Positions 37,239 to 51,392 of a stretch of 61,685 bases of DNA are shown piece by piece. Numbering within the stretch: position 1 is the first letter of the stretch; each line of letters opens with the position of its first letter. The stretch covers positions 1 to 61,685 of the forward strand of contig CDMY01000509.1 in NCBI GenBank assembly GCA_001179505.1, given 5' to 3'. Source of the DNA: Vitrella brassicaformis CCMP3155. Lineage: Eukaryota; Protista; Chromerida. The notes under the pieces were generated by a model. The model ran no database searches. It had not been told where the DNA came from and saw only the letters and a program-made list of their open reading frames with translations. The translations under genes were made by a program, and so were the position numbers.

Positions 37239-38353
37239 GTCGCTGTGGGTGTAAATAGAGTTGGTCAGCTTGTAGAGATTGATTTGATTTTGATATTTGA
37301 GAGAAGAAAGGATGCTTGTATGTTATTCTGCTTCTGCCCTTCTCATGTTGTGCGACGTGTGGGAGGGACGTGTAGGCAGAATAAAAATATCTCCTTCCTC
37401 AGACTACTTTGTTTACTTTGTCCCTGTGTGTCTGCGTGCGTTTGCGCCTCTGTCTCCCTCCGTCTGTGTGTCTGTGTGTTCGTCCCATGTGAGAGCTCAT
37501 GGGCAATTCGCCGTGGATGATGCCGTGTGTTTTGTCAGACTCGAAAGATCGCATGCCTTAATTAAATCGTGCTGTGTTTGAAGGGAAAATCATTGAGTGA
37601 GAGCATTCATTGGTCCAATGCGTGAATGAATCGAGAGATGGATGTCTATTTGTATCCCCCTTAAGCGTCCCACCATTCGCTCGATACATCATCTATCCCA
37701 TCCCCATCAGCAATCCTATCGACGGTCGACTGGTCCGTGTAAGGATGTGCATCTGTTTCTTCCTCCTGCCCATGTTCCTTCCTCTGCCTGGGACACATTA
37801 CATACCATCCTTCTTCGTCGTGCCCACCAAGGCGAGCAGGCAGGCAGTCGGGCAGGCAATACGACGGGCGGGCAGGCAAGGGAGGGACCATCCATTCAAT
37901 CATTTAAACGCCTCCACGCGCAATGACATCACCACGGTAGTCTCTCTTACTCTCCCCAACCCACCCAACGCACACCGGCAGGAAGGCACGCAGGCAGGCA
38001 AGTGGCAGCCAGGCAGGTCCACTCCCTTTCATGTGCTGCGTGCCGTTAGGCTGTTCATGGACTGTCTGATTTGTTGGCCTCCTGTCCCAAAACTACCCCT
38101 CTCGCTAGTTGCTCATACTGGCGGGTCGTCAGCGGGGGTTCAACACGGTTGAACCACGAATTGCGCGTGTCGAACGCCTGCTGCTCTCGCTGACAGAGAT
38201 AAGTCAGCTTGTGGGCCATGCGTTTGACCACATGTCGTCCACCGTGCCGTGGGCATAGTTGTCAGTCTAAAGGAATCACACACGAATCTTTCCACGTCCT
38301 CCCTCTCTTTCTGTGTTCTTGTGTTCTCTTCTGTGCTTCTCCAGTCTGCTGCT

Positions 38354-41300
38354 TCATTGCTTGTTGCTGACCTCTATGAGGTTCTCCGCGGAAAAGTCCT
38401 TGGTGTCCGAATCGTAGTTCGTCCACATGTCAGAGAGCGCCGGCCTCTTCTCGATGTATGTGCATCTGCCGTCGTTCGAGATGTGCACAGTGCTGAGCCC
38501 TGCCTGCTGCACCTCATAGAAAAACTGCTCGGTAGTGTATCCGACGATGTGTCCTGCACGACACACAGAACAAAGAACAGAAAATAAACCACACAACACA
38601 CACACGCTCCATCAGAGAGAGTACAGACAGACATGTGTAGACACAGTATACTATGCATATGAATGCTTACGAATTATTCTATTGATAACTGTCTCGCATC
38701 GCGGCTTCGATTTCGACCTCGAACTTTGATGGTTCCATTCTGTTGAGGCCCAAGTGGAGGTCGATGTGCAGTCGCTTGCGACTTGCACGCATAGCACTCG
38801 AGGACATACTTGGAAGTGCCAATCAGGGGGCAGTCATTAACCCGGTGGCCGTGATACGTGGCCCCGGCGAGCTTGGCATAGTTGTCACAGAAGTCGGGGT
38901 CCTTGCGCGTGCGAGAAGAGGCGGCCTGGTGGGCGGTGAGTTATCAGCCGTGTTCTGTTGTTGTTGGTTTGTTGTTGAACGGCTAGCTCGAGACACTGAC
39001 GAAGTGTCGTTGTGAAATCTCAAGGCCCCCTCACCACAGCGACTCTCGGAACGAATCACGGTCGTTCCCAGTCACTTGACGGTCTGCACATTCAGGCATC
39101 GCTTTCACATGTGGCCATCTCTGGTCCTTCCACGTATGGAAATGTCGACTTGCTCGCAGATATGCCATTGCCTGAGCAGAGATTGACACAAAGTCAGACA
39201 AATACATGATTTATTCGCTGTTCTCTATACGTATATAAGGCGGCGTATATTGTACATCAGCGGTGGCTCATACAAGGGCTATATGTGGCTCGAGGCAGGC
39301 CAAGAATAGGGTCTTCCTTTCGCGAGCGCGACTCGGATCGTGCCCTTGCTGTTCTTGATGTTCTGTGACGTGTCGATGAGTAGACCTTCATTGTTGGTGA
39401 CCACCCGAGCTAGCGTAGGGGCAGAGACGAGGCGGTGAGCGAAGGCATTTCGCCTTCTGAGTTGACGTCTCCTTTCTTCGACTGTCTCGATTGCCAAGTA
39501 TCCATAAAGTGCGGCCTGAAAATAACTGTGTGCTCGCCGGATCTCACTTCGCCTGTAATATGCGACTTTAGACATAGACGGTTCGACTAGTCGAGCCCCG
39601 TCTCTCTTCCTTCTTGCCATCCTGACTGCATATGGGCGTCGATCTTGGATTTTCGCGTTGTTCTTGCTGTCCTCCTTATCCTTGCTGCCCTTCTTGTCGT
39701 GTTGTTTGTTGTCTTCCTTGTCGTCCTCCTTGTCGCCCTGCTCATATAAAACACAAACCAATGGAAAATGTCTATGGGTACCTTTTCGGCTTGCTACGGT
39801 TTGTTGGGCGAGAAGCCACCCTTACTTGCGCCGCCGGGGGGCGGCATACAGAGGGCCTGCCGTGGTTTGCAAGCGGAATGAACCCAACCGGCATGACCCG
39901 AGATAGGATAGAAATGATGGATGAAGACACGGCGCACAGGTCGATCGATGGGAGCACTCGGAATTGGTCTTGTGACACACATGTTGACCGACTTTCATCA
40001 ACCCCAAGTACAGGAGCATGGCCTCGTCGAACGAGCGGCTCATTTTGCAGTCATTAAACCGCCGAGAACACGCCCGGTGACAAATGCCGAGATCCATTGG
40101 CTACTTTTCTTTCACCTGAAGAGCCGATCTCGGATTTTCGCGTTGTTCTTGCTGTTCTCCTTCTCCTTGCTGCCCTTCTTGTTGTGTTGCTTGTTGTCTT
40201 TCTCGTCGTTCTCCTCGTCGCCGGCCGCGGCAATCTCAGAGACGGATCGATGGGATACAGTCGAATGATCTTGTGCTTCTGCATTTGAGTGTCGATGCCG
40301 CCATACTTGAACTTGTAATACTTGAACTTGTGATGGTCGTCGCCTTTCGACAGCGTACGCAGATCGACTCTCATCACGTTTACCCGACAACAGAACTCAT
40401 GCGCCTTCACAGATGCAGGATGCAGCAAAAGAGACAAAGAACAAAGACAAAACGACATCACTCTGCAATCCATCAGCTCACGGGATTCATCGTTGTAGAA
40501 GATCCATCGTCATGGAGGTCCCCTGCGCACCAGATTGTGTCTCATCAACGACAAGCTGTCAGCCATGTTGGCGTTCTGCTGGTCGTCATTGATTGCCGGC
40601 AGCTGAGGTTGAGCGTGGTCCGACTCGCTGCTGCTCGGCGCTCTCCCTTGGTTGACAGCTCAATCTGTGAAGAACTACAAATACGCACAGCTCAGAGCCT
40701 CCCGTCGCATGCATGCACTCACACAAAAACACGTTTGCCTTCCCGCAGTTGCCCTCGCTCGCCTCATTTCCTGTCTACTCTTCGTAGGGGATGATCTTGA
40801 AGTAGGCCAGTAGGGCGACCACATACTCGTCTAGCCACAGCGACGCGACGTTCTCCTCCGGCCGCTTCGGCGTCGACGAGAACGTGCTGCCGAACGAAGC
40901 GAGTCAGTCTCGGATGTGTCGACAATGGGTGAATACACGAGGTCGGTCTGAGGCCGCGAGGCCAGACCTGCTGGCATAAGCTGCATCCATCCATCAATAC
41001 ACAAAGTCACACACATTCATCCCTTTCGTCCTTCCTCCCTTGTCCTCTCTCGTGTGCGAATGTGTGTGTTTGTGTGTGTGTGTCGATGTTGTCTGCTGAC
41101 CTGGCTGCCGTGCTTCACCTGAGGTGAGGGTCCTCCTCTCTGAGCCGACGTAGGGCAACGATTGTCTGCACCGCCACTAGTCGCTTTCCATCGCACGCCT
41201 TGATTCATGAGCCTGAAAGACATGGAACATTAATGAAACGACGAAGTGGATGAACGTACACTTACCTTTGCCTCGGCTGCCGCTGCTAGGCCATCGGAAA

Positions 41301-42266
41301 CCACTGCTGTTCTGCGGTGCATCCAATTTTTTGGGTGCATCTGTCTTGCGCTCGCGGGGAACACGAATGGCTTGCTGTATCCATGTCTGACTGTGCTGCA
41401 GCATCCGTTTCTCGAATTGCTGTTCCAGGTTCTCAAGATGTGCAACGAATACAGCCGCTCTCGTCTCCATCGAGAGCTGCCCTTTGCCTAGCCATGTCTT
41501 ATACCTCCTCAATCCCCTCCCTTCTCTTTCGGTCCCTGCAAGTTGGACGATGGGTTGGTGGCCGGTGGAGCTCGGGGCGACGTGAGGGCGTCAGCGGAGG
41601 CCGCACGCTTCAGGGCGGTGGGAGCGGGTGCCCCGGCCGCCGCCGCGGCCGCAGAGAGGGACGGGCCAGCGGGAAATGATCCCCTCTCTTCCCTTCCCTT
41701 CATGCAACATGAATCGGCCCGACTTCATATAGGCCTACTTGATCAAAGAAGGGCTCGAGTGAGCCAGCTCCGCCAAAGTTCTCACGCATAACGGCATAAT
41801 CGATTGGCTGCAGCTGCAGGGGGGGGGTGAGGTCGACTGATTACCACATCTGAATGATGGGCGCTGCCGCTTCGTGTGCTTCCTGCAAGAACAGGTGCCA
41901 AAAACGTGAACAAAGTGTGAGAGTGTATTGTGGCGAGAGGTGTGAAGTAGCGGAGGCACTAGTGTGTGCGCCTGTGTCTTCGGCTGACTTGCCTTTCGTT
42001 GACTGCACATTCAGCTGCCCTGGATGCGGAGCGAGGCTCGCCAAAACCACCCGTCCTGGTGGTGCCAGAATCTTCTGACGCCCGGTTTGAGTGCTTTCGA
42101 CTGCGGCTGCCCCGTCGGGAACGGGTAGAAGAATCTTGGATGCACGGCGCCCTTGAACAGACGATGCGGTTGTTGTTCCTCGGAGAGGGTCAGACGAAGC
42201 TGGCCAATGTGTAGCCGAACAGGAATCGCGGGGTTGCAGGCCGGGTGGATTTAAACAGATGTTCAA
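38354..42266 (-). pseudogene. Zone of broken coding-like remnants (degenerate genes and/or transposon relics)
   Basis: Protein-like fragments that do not join cleanly: GHIVGYTTEQFFYEVQQ (38354-38560), YYRRSEIRRAHSYF (39279-39761), SFGSTFSSTPKRPEENVASLWLDEYVVALLAYFKIIPYEE (~40780-40900, stop directly upstream), FVAHLENLEQQFEKRML (~41270-41510). Confidence 0.35.
39641..40222. repeat. ~97-bp direct duplication (39641-39737 and 40126-40222)
   Basis: Minus-strand translations GDKEDDKEDNKQHDKKGSKDKEDSKNNAKIQDR and GDEENDEKDNKQHNKKGSKEKENSKNNAKIRDR. Confidence 0.9.
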
Positions 42267-43515
42267 GGGCGCATCATCTGTTCATCTGACAACGTCGCTA
42301 GAATCGCCAAGACTGGACGCATCTGTCTCGTCTCTCGCGACTCTTCGACCCTTCAGCGAGCCATTGTGTCACGTGCAGAGGTTGAGCACGCCTAGAGCGC
42401 TGTCAATTGAGTGTCGTTGCTCACCAATGCTCACACGCATCCTAGCCAAACTGTAAACTATTTGCGGAGAGAGACGGTTCGGTTTACATGTGTGGAAGCG
42501 TGGGGCATTATGTTTGAGGCACTTCATCCCATTCGGCATCGCGCGCATACATATTGATAACACTTGTCTGCCACACTCACCATTCACAAGTCCATCGGCC
42601 GACCGACTTCCTCCAACGCGTATCCTACATACACAGAGGACACGCGGACATGCATGCCTACAGGTAGACTAAAGGCCTTCCAAGACTTGCCCCCTCTGTC
42701 CACTGCTGTCGACCCGCCCACCCCCACCCACTAAATCCTTGATTGCATAAATATGACAGACAGACAGACAGCCCATACGGACGTGCATATATGCATCTCA
42801 CCTTTGCTGATGGACCCTCCCGTGCACCCGCCCACCAAAACACCCACGCGAAAGCAACAGGATGAGTGTGCAATGGCTGAACGGATCAATGGAAGCGGTG
42901 TGATGCGATGTGATGTGATGCGATGATCGATGTCATGCGATGTGGTCAGGGAGTGATGCGATGATCGATGTAATGATGAGTGGATGAGTGGATGGCTCAA
43001 ACAAAGAGGGAGGACTGCACGGAAAAACACCCACCACACACATGTGTGTGTGTGTGTGTAGGTCATTGAAAGCACTCATTTTCACGCCGCAGCTGTGTAT
43101 ATAAAACCATAGCTGGCATACCCCACGGGCGGCACACACATCCGTTAGTGCGCTTATCCGCACACCGATGTGGCCCACCAGAAGGCCCACGCACACACAC
43201 GCACACGCCCTCACGCCAGGCAGGCAGACGCGTGAGGCCACAAAATGACGAAGCAGTAGGGGGGACAAAGACGCTCATTATTGACAAAATACCCATCATC
43301 CATCGATCCATCCATCCACACAGCCACCTGCCCCCTTTACTGACCCACCTATACTCTCTCTCTATCTCTCTCTGTCGCACTCACGTCTACCTACTTGATG
43401 CAAAACCCACCCTCCCGACCGCCCAAACAACAACACCGTCACACACAAAAGGATGGATGGATGGATGGATGACACACAGCATCACACACTGCACCGCCGC
43501 ACCACCACAGCATCA

Positions 43516-44717
43516 TCATTCCTCTGCACCCCAGCTCGTCGTCTTGGTCAGCTCGTCGTTGCTCCGAATCGACTGACGCGGGTCATAGTGGGCGTTCTCA
43601 TCACCGCCGCCGCCCCCTCCCCCTCTCCACTTGCCAGAGCGCACAGGCATTGACACGGAGGGCACCTTGAACCGCACAGCCTTGTTGCCGTGCCGGCGCA
43701 CTTGCAAGGGCGGCGAGTCCTGGTGCAGGTCTGCTCTCGGCTGGTGCGTCTCGTTGTTCTCCTGGCCGGTTTCAAGTGCACTGGCTGGGTGGAAAGCGGG
43801 CGGCGGTGGGGGGACGGAAATGTCAGAGAAGGTGGTCGTGTTGTCGTTGTCTGCGGTGGAGCTCGCGGCGCATGAGTCGTCGTTGCGCATGCCGCTTTGC
43901 CCGAAGGCGTCGTGGTCGTGGTCGTGTTGCGAGGGGACTTTGCAGTAGGCGCACAGGAGGAATTTGCGGAGGGAGCGGCCGCAGACGCAGCACCACAGCA
44001 GAGACATCGCAAACACCAACGCGCCACCGCCCAATGCTGGCACACACACACACACAGAGGTTGAGAGGGAGAGGGTCGGTTCTACAAGGTCACTGGTGCA
44101 CGAGCTGACCTCCATAGAGAAGGAATAGCCATTCCTGCGTGTTGGGGGAGCCGTTGCCGTCGCTTTGGTCCCCTCTCCCTCTGGTCAGGTCGCTCGTGCG
44201 CTGCTGCACGTTGGTCCACTTGTTGTTCTTGTCGGCTGCCTTGTAAGCGGCTGAATGGCCACTAGCAGCCAGTATGGCAGCGCTGGTGGTGTTGGTGGCT
44301 GACCACAGAGCACCGAGAGACAACAGCGTGTCTATGTGTTTATGTGTGTGTGTGGGCTAGGGGGATGGGCCAACTGACCGTTGTGTATGCAGTGGACGGC
44401 CGGCTGGTCCCACAGCAGTGTGCGGTAGTTGGGCAAGAAGCGACAGAACATCGACCCATTCTGCACCGATGGCCTGACACACACCCACACCCCAACACGC
44501 GAAATTGTCTTGCGAGCCATGTCAGCACACAACCATCCGTGTCATGCGTACGTGAGCGGTCTCCATCCGTTCTCCTCGTCACACGCGACCGTCATGGACG
44601 CGCCGCTGATGGCCTGCCCGTCCTCGTTGACGCGCGTGGGCGGCTCGGCTGTCGACACAATGCCGGCAAACGACTCGTTGTTGCCGAGCGGCAGATCAGG
44701 ACACACCGCTTCACAGA

Positions 44718-44767
<50 letters not shown>

Positions 44768-47700
44768 TGGGCGCGCGCAACACACACACGGTGGGTACCG
44801 ACCAGCGGGTTTGGCAAAGACGTCGACGCAGATGGACGGGGAGTCTCCCTGCTGGGCTGTCGATGGATCGGTAACAGCAGTGAGGTTGCGCAAGGCCTCG
44901 CCGAACCAGACTCGTAAGCGATCGCCCTCATGCAGAGAGAGCAGGGTGGGCGAGGGGCCCATGTACGCCTGCACACACACATGCACACACGCATATCTAT
45001 GTGTATGTGGCTGGCTGTGTGAGTCTGCGTGACGCGCTTTGCTGTTTGCGGGTTTACGTCGAAAGTGATGTGCTGATCGTTCCAGTGCTGTCCGCTGACA
45101 GTGTACCAGGCCTCGCCGCACTCACGGCCCACACAGTGAGACGGCACACGAACTGCATGGAAGAGCCACACACACACACACAGACACACACACACACACA
45201 CGCAGTGAGAGAGAGAGATACACAAATGTGTCTCAGATGCGCTTCCACACCCGTACCTGTGTCGCCAGTCCATTTCTGGTCGGGCAGGATGATCGCGTCA
45301 TCGGCATCCGTCAGGAAAAGTCCAGCCTGCACGCACCAAACACACACCGAACACAGACATGCAAACACATGGAGACCCCCGGCCCACCCACACTTACGAT
45401 TAGCTCGTCCGACTGTCCGTCTCCGCCACTGGTGACATTGTTGCTGCAGATGCCGCCCCATCTGCTCCTTGTGCCGTCCCCGAGGCACGCCACATCGCCA
45501 CTCACATGGGACAATTTGACCGCATACACGTCTATCACGTCCTGGGAAACCGTGAAACGAGCTGCCACAAAACCAAACAGAGAGAGAACACACACACACA
45601 CGCAGAGAGAGAGATGCATGGCTCAGTCGCTCACGCGCACACGGACTTACCAGGCTCGTGTGTGTGTGTGGGCACACACACTGGCCCCTGGTTGTTGAGC
45701 TGAAGCCACGGCTGGCAGGCCGAAGTCACGCCGTCACACGACTCGGTGGAGGGGCAGTCACTCTCAACCACACAACCTTCCCACAACACACACACGGGGA
45801 GGGAGAGAGAGATGGCCAATGCCATGGATAGATCTCTCTGTTGTGTGCCGGGAGGGGAGGGAGAGGGTGGCCACGTACCAACACACATGTGTTTGGAGGG
45901 GTGGCACTTGTCGGTCGGCCACGCGCATCCCTCATCGCTGTAGCACTTGGGCGTCGCGTCAATCGCCTGCACCTGTGCCTGCGGCTGCCAACCTGCACAT
46001 CGTGTTGTGGTGTGTGTTGTGTGTTGTGTTTTGTGTGTTGTGTGTTGTGTGCTGCAATGCGACTTGCGTATTTACGTGTGCATCTGAGCGAGATGTCTTC
46101 CCAGATCGGCTTCCGGTAGCTGCTGCCAAACACGCAGGCCACCCTCTCTGTCGGCCGATTCCGACTAAGACAACAAGCATCCCACAATCTACCTGTGTGT
46201 GTGTGCTTCTTGCGTGTGGTGTGTGGTGGCTGAAATACTACTGCCCACTTGAGCGGTCGCCATCCGTCCTCTCCATTACACGCGACCACCACATACTCGC
46301 CCGTGTGAAATGTCACATTGGACAGATCACCGCCGCTCGAAGACAACACCTGCACACACACATACACACACACACAGAGAGAGAGAGAGAGAGGCATACA
46401 CACACACACACACACACGGAGCGAGAGAGAGTCTGTGTGTGTTCGGGGAGATGGCTGTTGCCCACTGTTTCAGCGTCCTGTGTCATTGGTGCACTGATGG
46501 GGACAATCCCGCGGAACGGAAACCGACGCAGATACGTGGCAGGGAACGGTGGACACACCGCCTTCGGCCGCGCGTAGACGTTCACACACGTCTGGCCCTC
46601 ATAGCTATGCGTCGTTCCCGTCGTCGCTGCTGCTGCTGCTGCTGTTGACGTGAAAGTGGACGTGTTGGCGAGCGCCTCGCCGAGCCAGAGGTGCATCCGG
46701 CTGTCGGCGGTGATGTTCATCGGACGGGCCGACATCTGCAGGCAGGCAAGCATTCACACACACGTCCTGTCGTATGTGGTGAGGAGACAGAGGGAGGGGA
46801 GAGGGGGGCCAAGCGAGCGTAGCGTACGGTGAAGACGAGCTGGTCGTCGTTGATGTGCGCGTCTCTCATGAGGTACCAGGCCGACCCGCACGCGCGACCC
46901 ACACACTCGGGAGGCGTCGCAACTGACACACACACATCCATCCACAAATCATTCCTCTCTCTCTCTCTCTCCCCGAGTGAGTGGGCCGGTGAAGTAAATG
47001 TACCTGCGCCCATTCCCTGATGTTTCCGATTGGGCAGCAGCAGCTTGGCTTGCTCGTCCGTCACAAACACGCCCAGACGGTCGTCGTGACCTGATTGATG
47101 CACACACACGCACACACACACAGAGAGAGAGGGAGAGAGAGAGAGAGACATGGGCGTGGGTGCGTGGCGTGGCATGGCATGAGTACCTACCGTTGAAGTC
47201 GGGACATCCCCATCTGCCGGCGCGCTGCGACGCATCCTCCACATCTGTCAGGTCCGTGTCGCTCTCGCTCTCACCAATAGGAACGCACCGAATGCCCCCT
47301 GTCTCCACACACATGGTTAAGGGGCCATGGAGGGAGGGAGGGGAGGTGTGGGTGGGTCTACCTACCGTGGGCGTATTTGACTTTGACGGCATAGGCGTCT
47401 TTGACCGGCTGTGCGACGGCGAACGAGGTCTGGCTGCTGGTGCCGTTGGGCATCTGCAGACACACCTCGCCGTGGGCATTCAGCTGCACCCATGCTGCAC
47501 ACAATGACGACACACACACACACACACACTCAGCCACACTGTCTGTCCCGTCTGTGTGTGTGGCTGGGAAACCCTGGCATGTGTCTGTGAGGGCGTCGCA
47601 GATTTCGCCCTCGAGGCAGCCGAGTCCACTCGATGACACACACTCTGCACACACCAAACACAGATACACAGGCAGAGAGAGAGAAGCCAACTTCCTCACC

Positions 47701-48237
47701 GACACAGGTGCCCTTGTCAGGGTGGCAGGAAGGTGTGGGCCAGCGGCACTGATCGTCGTGCGAGCATGACGACTCGGCTAGGGACTCTGAACAGGCAATC
47801 AATACACGTGTGTGAGTGTGCTCAAAGAGAAAGAGAGTGAGGCTCCTTACTGGCGCATCGAATGTGGATGTCGTCCCACTTGACGGTGCGGTAGTCGGCC
47901 CGGAAGCGGCACAAAAGGTCCTCCTGCCCACCGTAACTGCACACACAAACAAACACCCACACACACAGATGCAATCACTGAGGGTCTGCATGGATCGCAA
48001 GAGGCTCCCTCTACCGACCCTGGTTTAGCCTGGTATCCCCTCTGTGTGTCGCACGCCACCGACACGGTGTCCCCCGCCATGAAGGAGCGGTCAGAGGAGC
48101 TGACGCACACACGGGGAGAGGGAGAGAGAGGGGCAGAGGTGTGTGTGTGTGTGGCTGTAGCGTACGTGTAATTGATGGCAACGACGCCCTCGAGAGTGCC
48201 GTTGTCGAGCGTGGAGAAGGGGAACGCCGGACACGCA

Positions 48238-48274
<37 letters not shown>

Positions 48275-50312
48275 GGGTGCAGACGTGTGTGTCTGCGTGT
48301 CTACACGCAGGCTCATACCAGCGGGCCTTGCGAGGACGTTCATGCAGAGCGTCCCGAGGTTGTCGCGGTGGTTCCACTGGTGCAGCGCCTCACCTGACCC
48401 CGCACACACACAGATGTGTCTACGTGCGTGTGTGGTGTGATCAGGGATACCGAGCCACACGCGCCACTTGGTGCTGCGGTCGATGGCGAGGGTTGATGGG
48501 CCGCTGTGGGTCTGAACGAACGCAGCCACTTTGTCTGTGTGGCTGTGTGAGTCTGTGTCACGGGCTGTGCTGTTTGTGTGCGGGCTGACGTCGAATGTGA
48601 TGTGCTGATCGTTCCAGTGCTGTCCGCTGACAGTGTACCAGGCCTCGCCGCACTCACGGCCCACACAGTGAGACGGCACACGAACTGCATCGAAGAGCCA
48701 TACACACACACAGACACACACACACACGCAGTGAGAGAGAGAGAGAGAGAGAGGGAGAGATCCCCGCGGCCAAGTGTGTGGACTGGTGTGTGGGTGTGGC
48801 CACGTACTTGTGTCTCCAGTGTAGGTGTTGTTGGGCACCACGAGGGTGTTGTTCTCGTCTGCCAGGGTGATGAAGATCCCAAGCTGCTCGCTCTCATCCC
48901 GATTGCCCAATGGCGGGCAGCCCCTGCACACACACACACACACACAAAGGGACAGACAGACGCAGAGAGAGAGAGAGAGATGGCTTTGTGGGTGTCTGTG
49001 TGTGTCCGTGTGGGGCGTGCGCACCATCTGCCGGCACTTGAGGGGTTATGGTGGCAGAATATGACCCCTGCACACACCCAACACACACACACACACACAT
49101 GTGACCACACACACACGCAGACGAACGAACGAACGAACGAAGACATTTCGGCGTGCGTACCGTTGACATACTCCAATCTGACGGCATACACGTTGTCCAC
49201 CCTCCGGGCCACCTGGAACGTCGACCGCTCGTGCGACCCGTCTCTGCTTGACAAGCACACCGGCCCGTTGCCGTTCAGACGCACCCACACTGCACACACC
49301 ACACACACCGCAACACCCACAGAGACGGACAGAGAGGGAGGTGCACACAGTGTGTGCAGAGAGAGAGAGAGAGGGAAGGAGCGGGACCTTGGCAGGTGTT
49401 GGTGACGGCGTCGCAGGTCTCGCCCTCCCTGCAGCCTTCGTTGCCGCGGAGCTGCGGATTGCACCCGATGGCCGGCTTGTCAGATCTGCACACACAATAC
49501 ACACGACACACACACACACATGGATTGTGCGTGCGTCAGAAAGGAACGAGGGAGGGAGGGAAAGTGGGACTACACACATGGATGAGGGCGCGTATGCGTC
49601 TGGTGTGGGCCGGCCGCTCTCGAGCTCGTCCAGGGGCACCTTGGTTTCTGTGACATCCACACACACGGATGGATGGATGGATGGATGAATGGATGTGTGC
49701 CCACTCACTCTCGCATCTGATGTGCACTGTGTCCCATTTGGGCGTCTGCCAGTCGTCGGAGAAGCCGCAACGCACCTTCTGCGTCACATAATCAGGACTG
49801 ACACACACACACACAAGGAGAGAGAGAATGGCTGGCTGTGTGTGAGAGGGAGGGGCTGGCTGTGGTTTGGCTGATGGCTCACTCGGAGGGCGTGTAGCGG
49901 TATTGGAAGCCGTATGCCTCTGAAGTGCCCTCGCTGCAGCCCAGCAGCCGGTAGCTGCCCGTCATATCCACCACACCCTTGTGGCCTGGACCACTGGATG
50001 ACACACAAAGACAATAACACAATAACACGCACGATGACACACACCCCTTACCCTCGGCCCTTGGTGCTGACGCCCCGCATGGTCCCCTGGTTGAGCCGCC
50101 AGGAGGGGAAGGGGAGGCACTCCACAGACTCCATCACATAGACGTCCGCACACGTGTCCGCAGCGGTCGCCCGCCGTGCGGCTGATCGCTGGGTCATGTT
50201 GTGGAGCCGCTCGCCGAGGGTGAGGGTGAGCCTGTCTCCCTCGGTCAGGTGCAGCAGCTGGCTGCCGTAGGACGTCTGCAACAATGGGGCACACACAAGA
50301 GGGCGTTCTGTG

Positions 50313-50345
<33 letters not shown>

Positions 50346-50905
50346 CTTTGGGGGTGGAATTCTTCACTTGAATGATGAACTGGTTGCCGTCGATGGAGGC
50401 GTTGCGGCCGGTCATGGTGTACCAGGCCTCGCCACACGGCTGGCCCAGACAGGCGCGCGGCACAGACACTGTCGAGAGAGAACCGCCAGACAATGAGTGA
50501 GTGGGCGTGGTGCCACCACACACGAGTGTGGTTGTGTGGACGCACCCACCTGTTTCGCCCGAGTACATTGAAGCGGGCAGCATGACGTCCGACGCAGAGG
50601 CAGAGGCCCCATCAGACTCGCCGGCTTCGTCTGCACGACAGACACATGACACAAGGGCCTGCAGTGCTGTGGTGTGTGTGTGAGTGTGTGTGTGTGGGCC
50701 GACGCACCACTGTCGTCACTGTCGTCTGTGTCTCTGTCAACTTTTTCCTTGGTGATGAAGACGCCGAGCATCTCCTGGCCACCCTCCTCCTCCGTCGACA
50801 TGCACCCCCACTTGTGAGCATCGGCACTGCTGTCGTTCCCACCTCCGCTGTCGTTCCCACCTCCCCCACCCCCACACGCAATGGCGCCTACACACACACA
50901 TCCAT

Positions 50906-50943
<38 letters not shown>

Positions 50944-51359
50944 GCTGTCACCGGAAGTGTGTTTGAGCAGGACGGCGTAGACGTCGCGTATAGTGTCTTT
51001 CATCTCGAATGCGTCACCGATGCACACCGGGCCGTCGCGGTTGACCTTCTGCCAACCTGTGTGTGTGCAGGCGTGTGTGACGGACAGACGCACAATCATT
51101 CGCTTCGCTCGCTCACCGCTCGTCAGCCCATGGATGTCGACGCACGTCTCGCCTGTGTACTCTGCGCACACACCAAGGATCCATCCATCCATCCATTCAC
51201 ACGTGTGTCCGTTCGGACGGACCTTGGTCAGTGCCGTTGCTGCCGTTGTTGCCCCTGAGCGCCTCGCCAAACCACAGCCGGCCGGTCGACCCGCCGCGCA
51301 ATGACAGAGGCGACAGACCATTGGCCGTCTGCGGACACACACATACACCGCTGGAGCTG

Positions 51360-51392
<33 letters not shown>

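Noticed and set aside
42897-42990. (GATGT/GATGC)n pentanucleotide run
   Set aside because: Ordinary degenerate microsatellite with no further structure seen.
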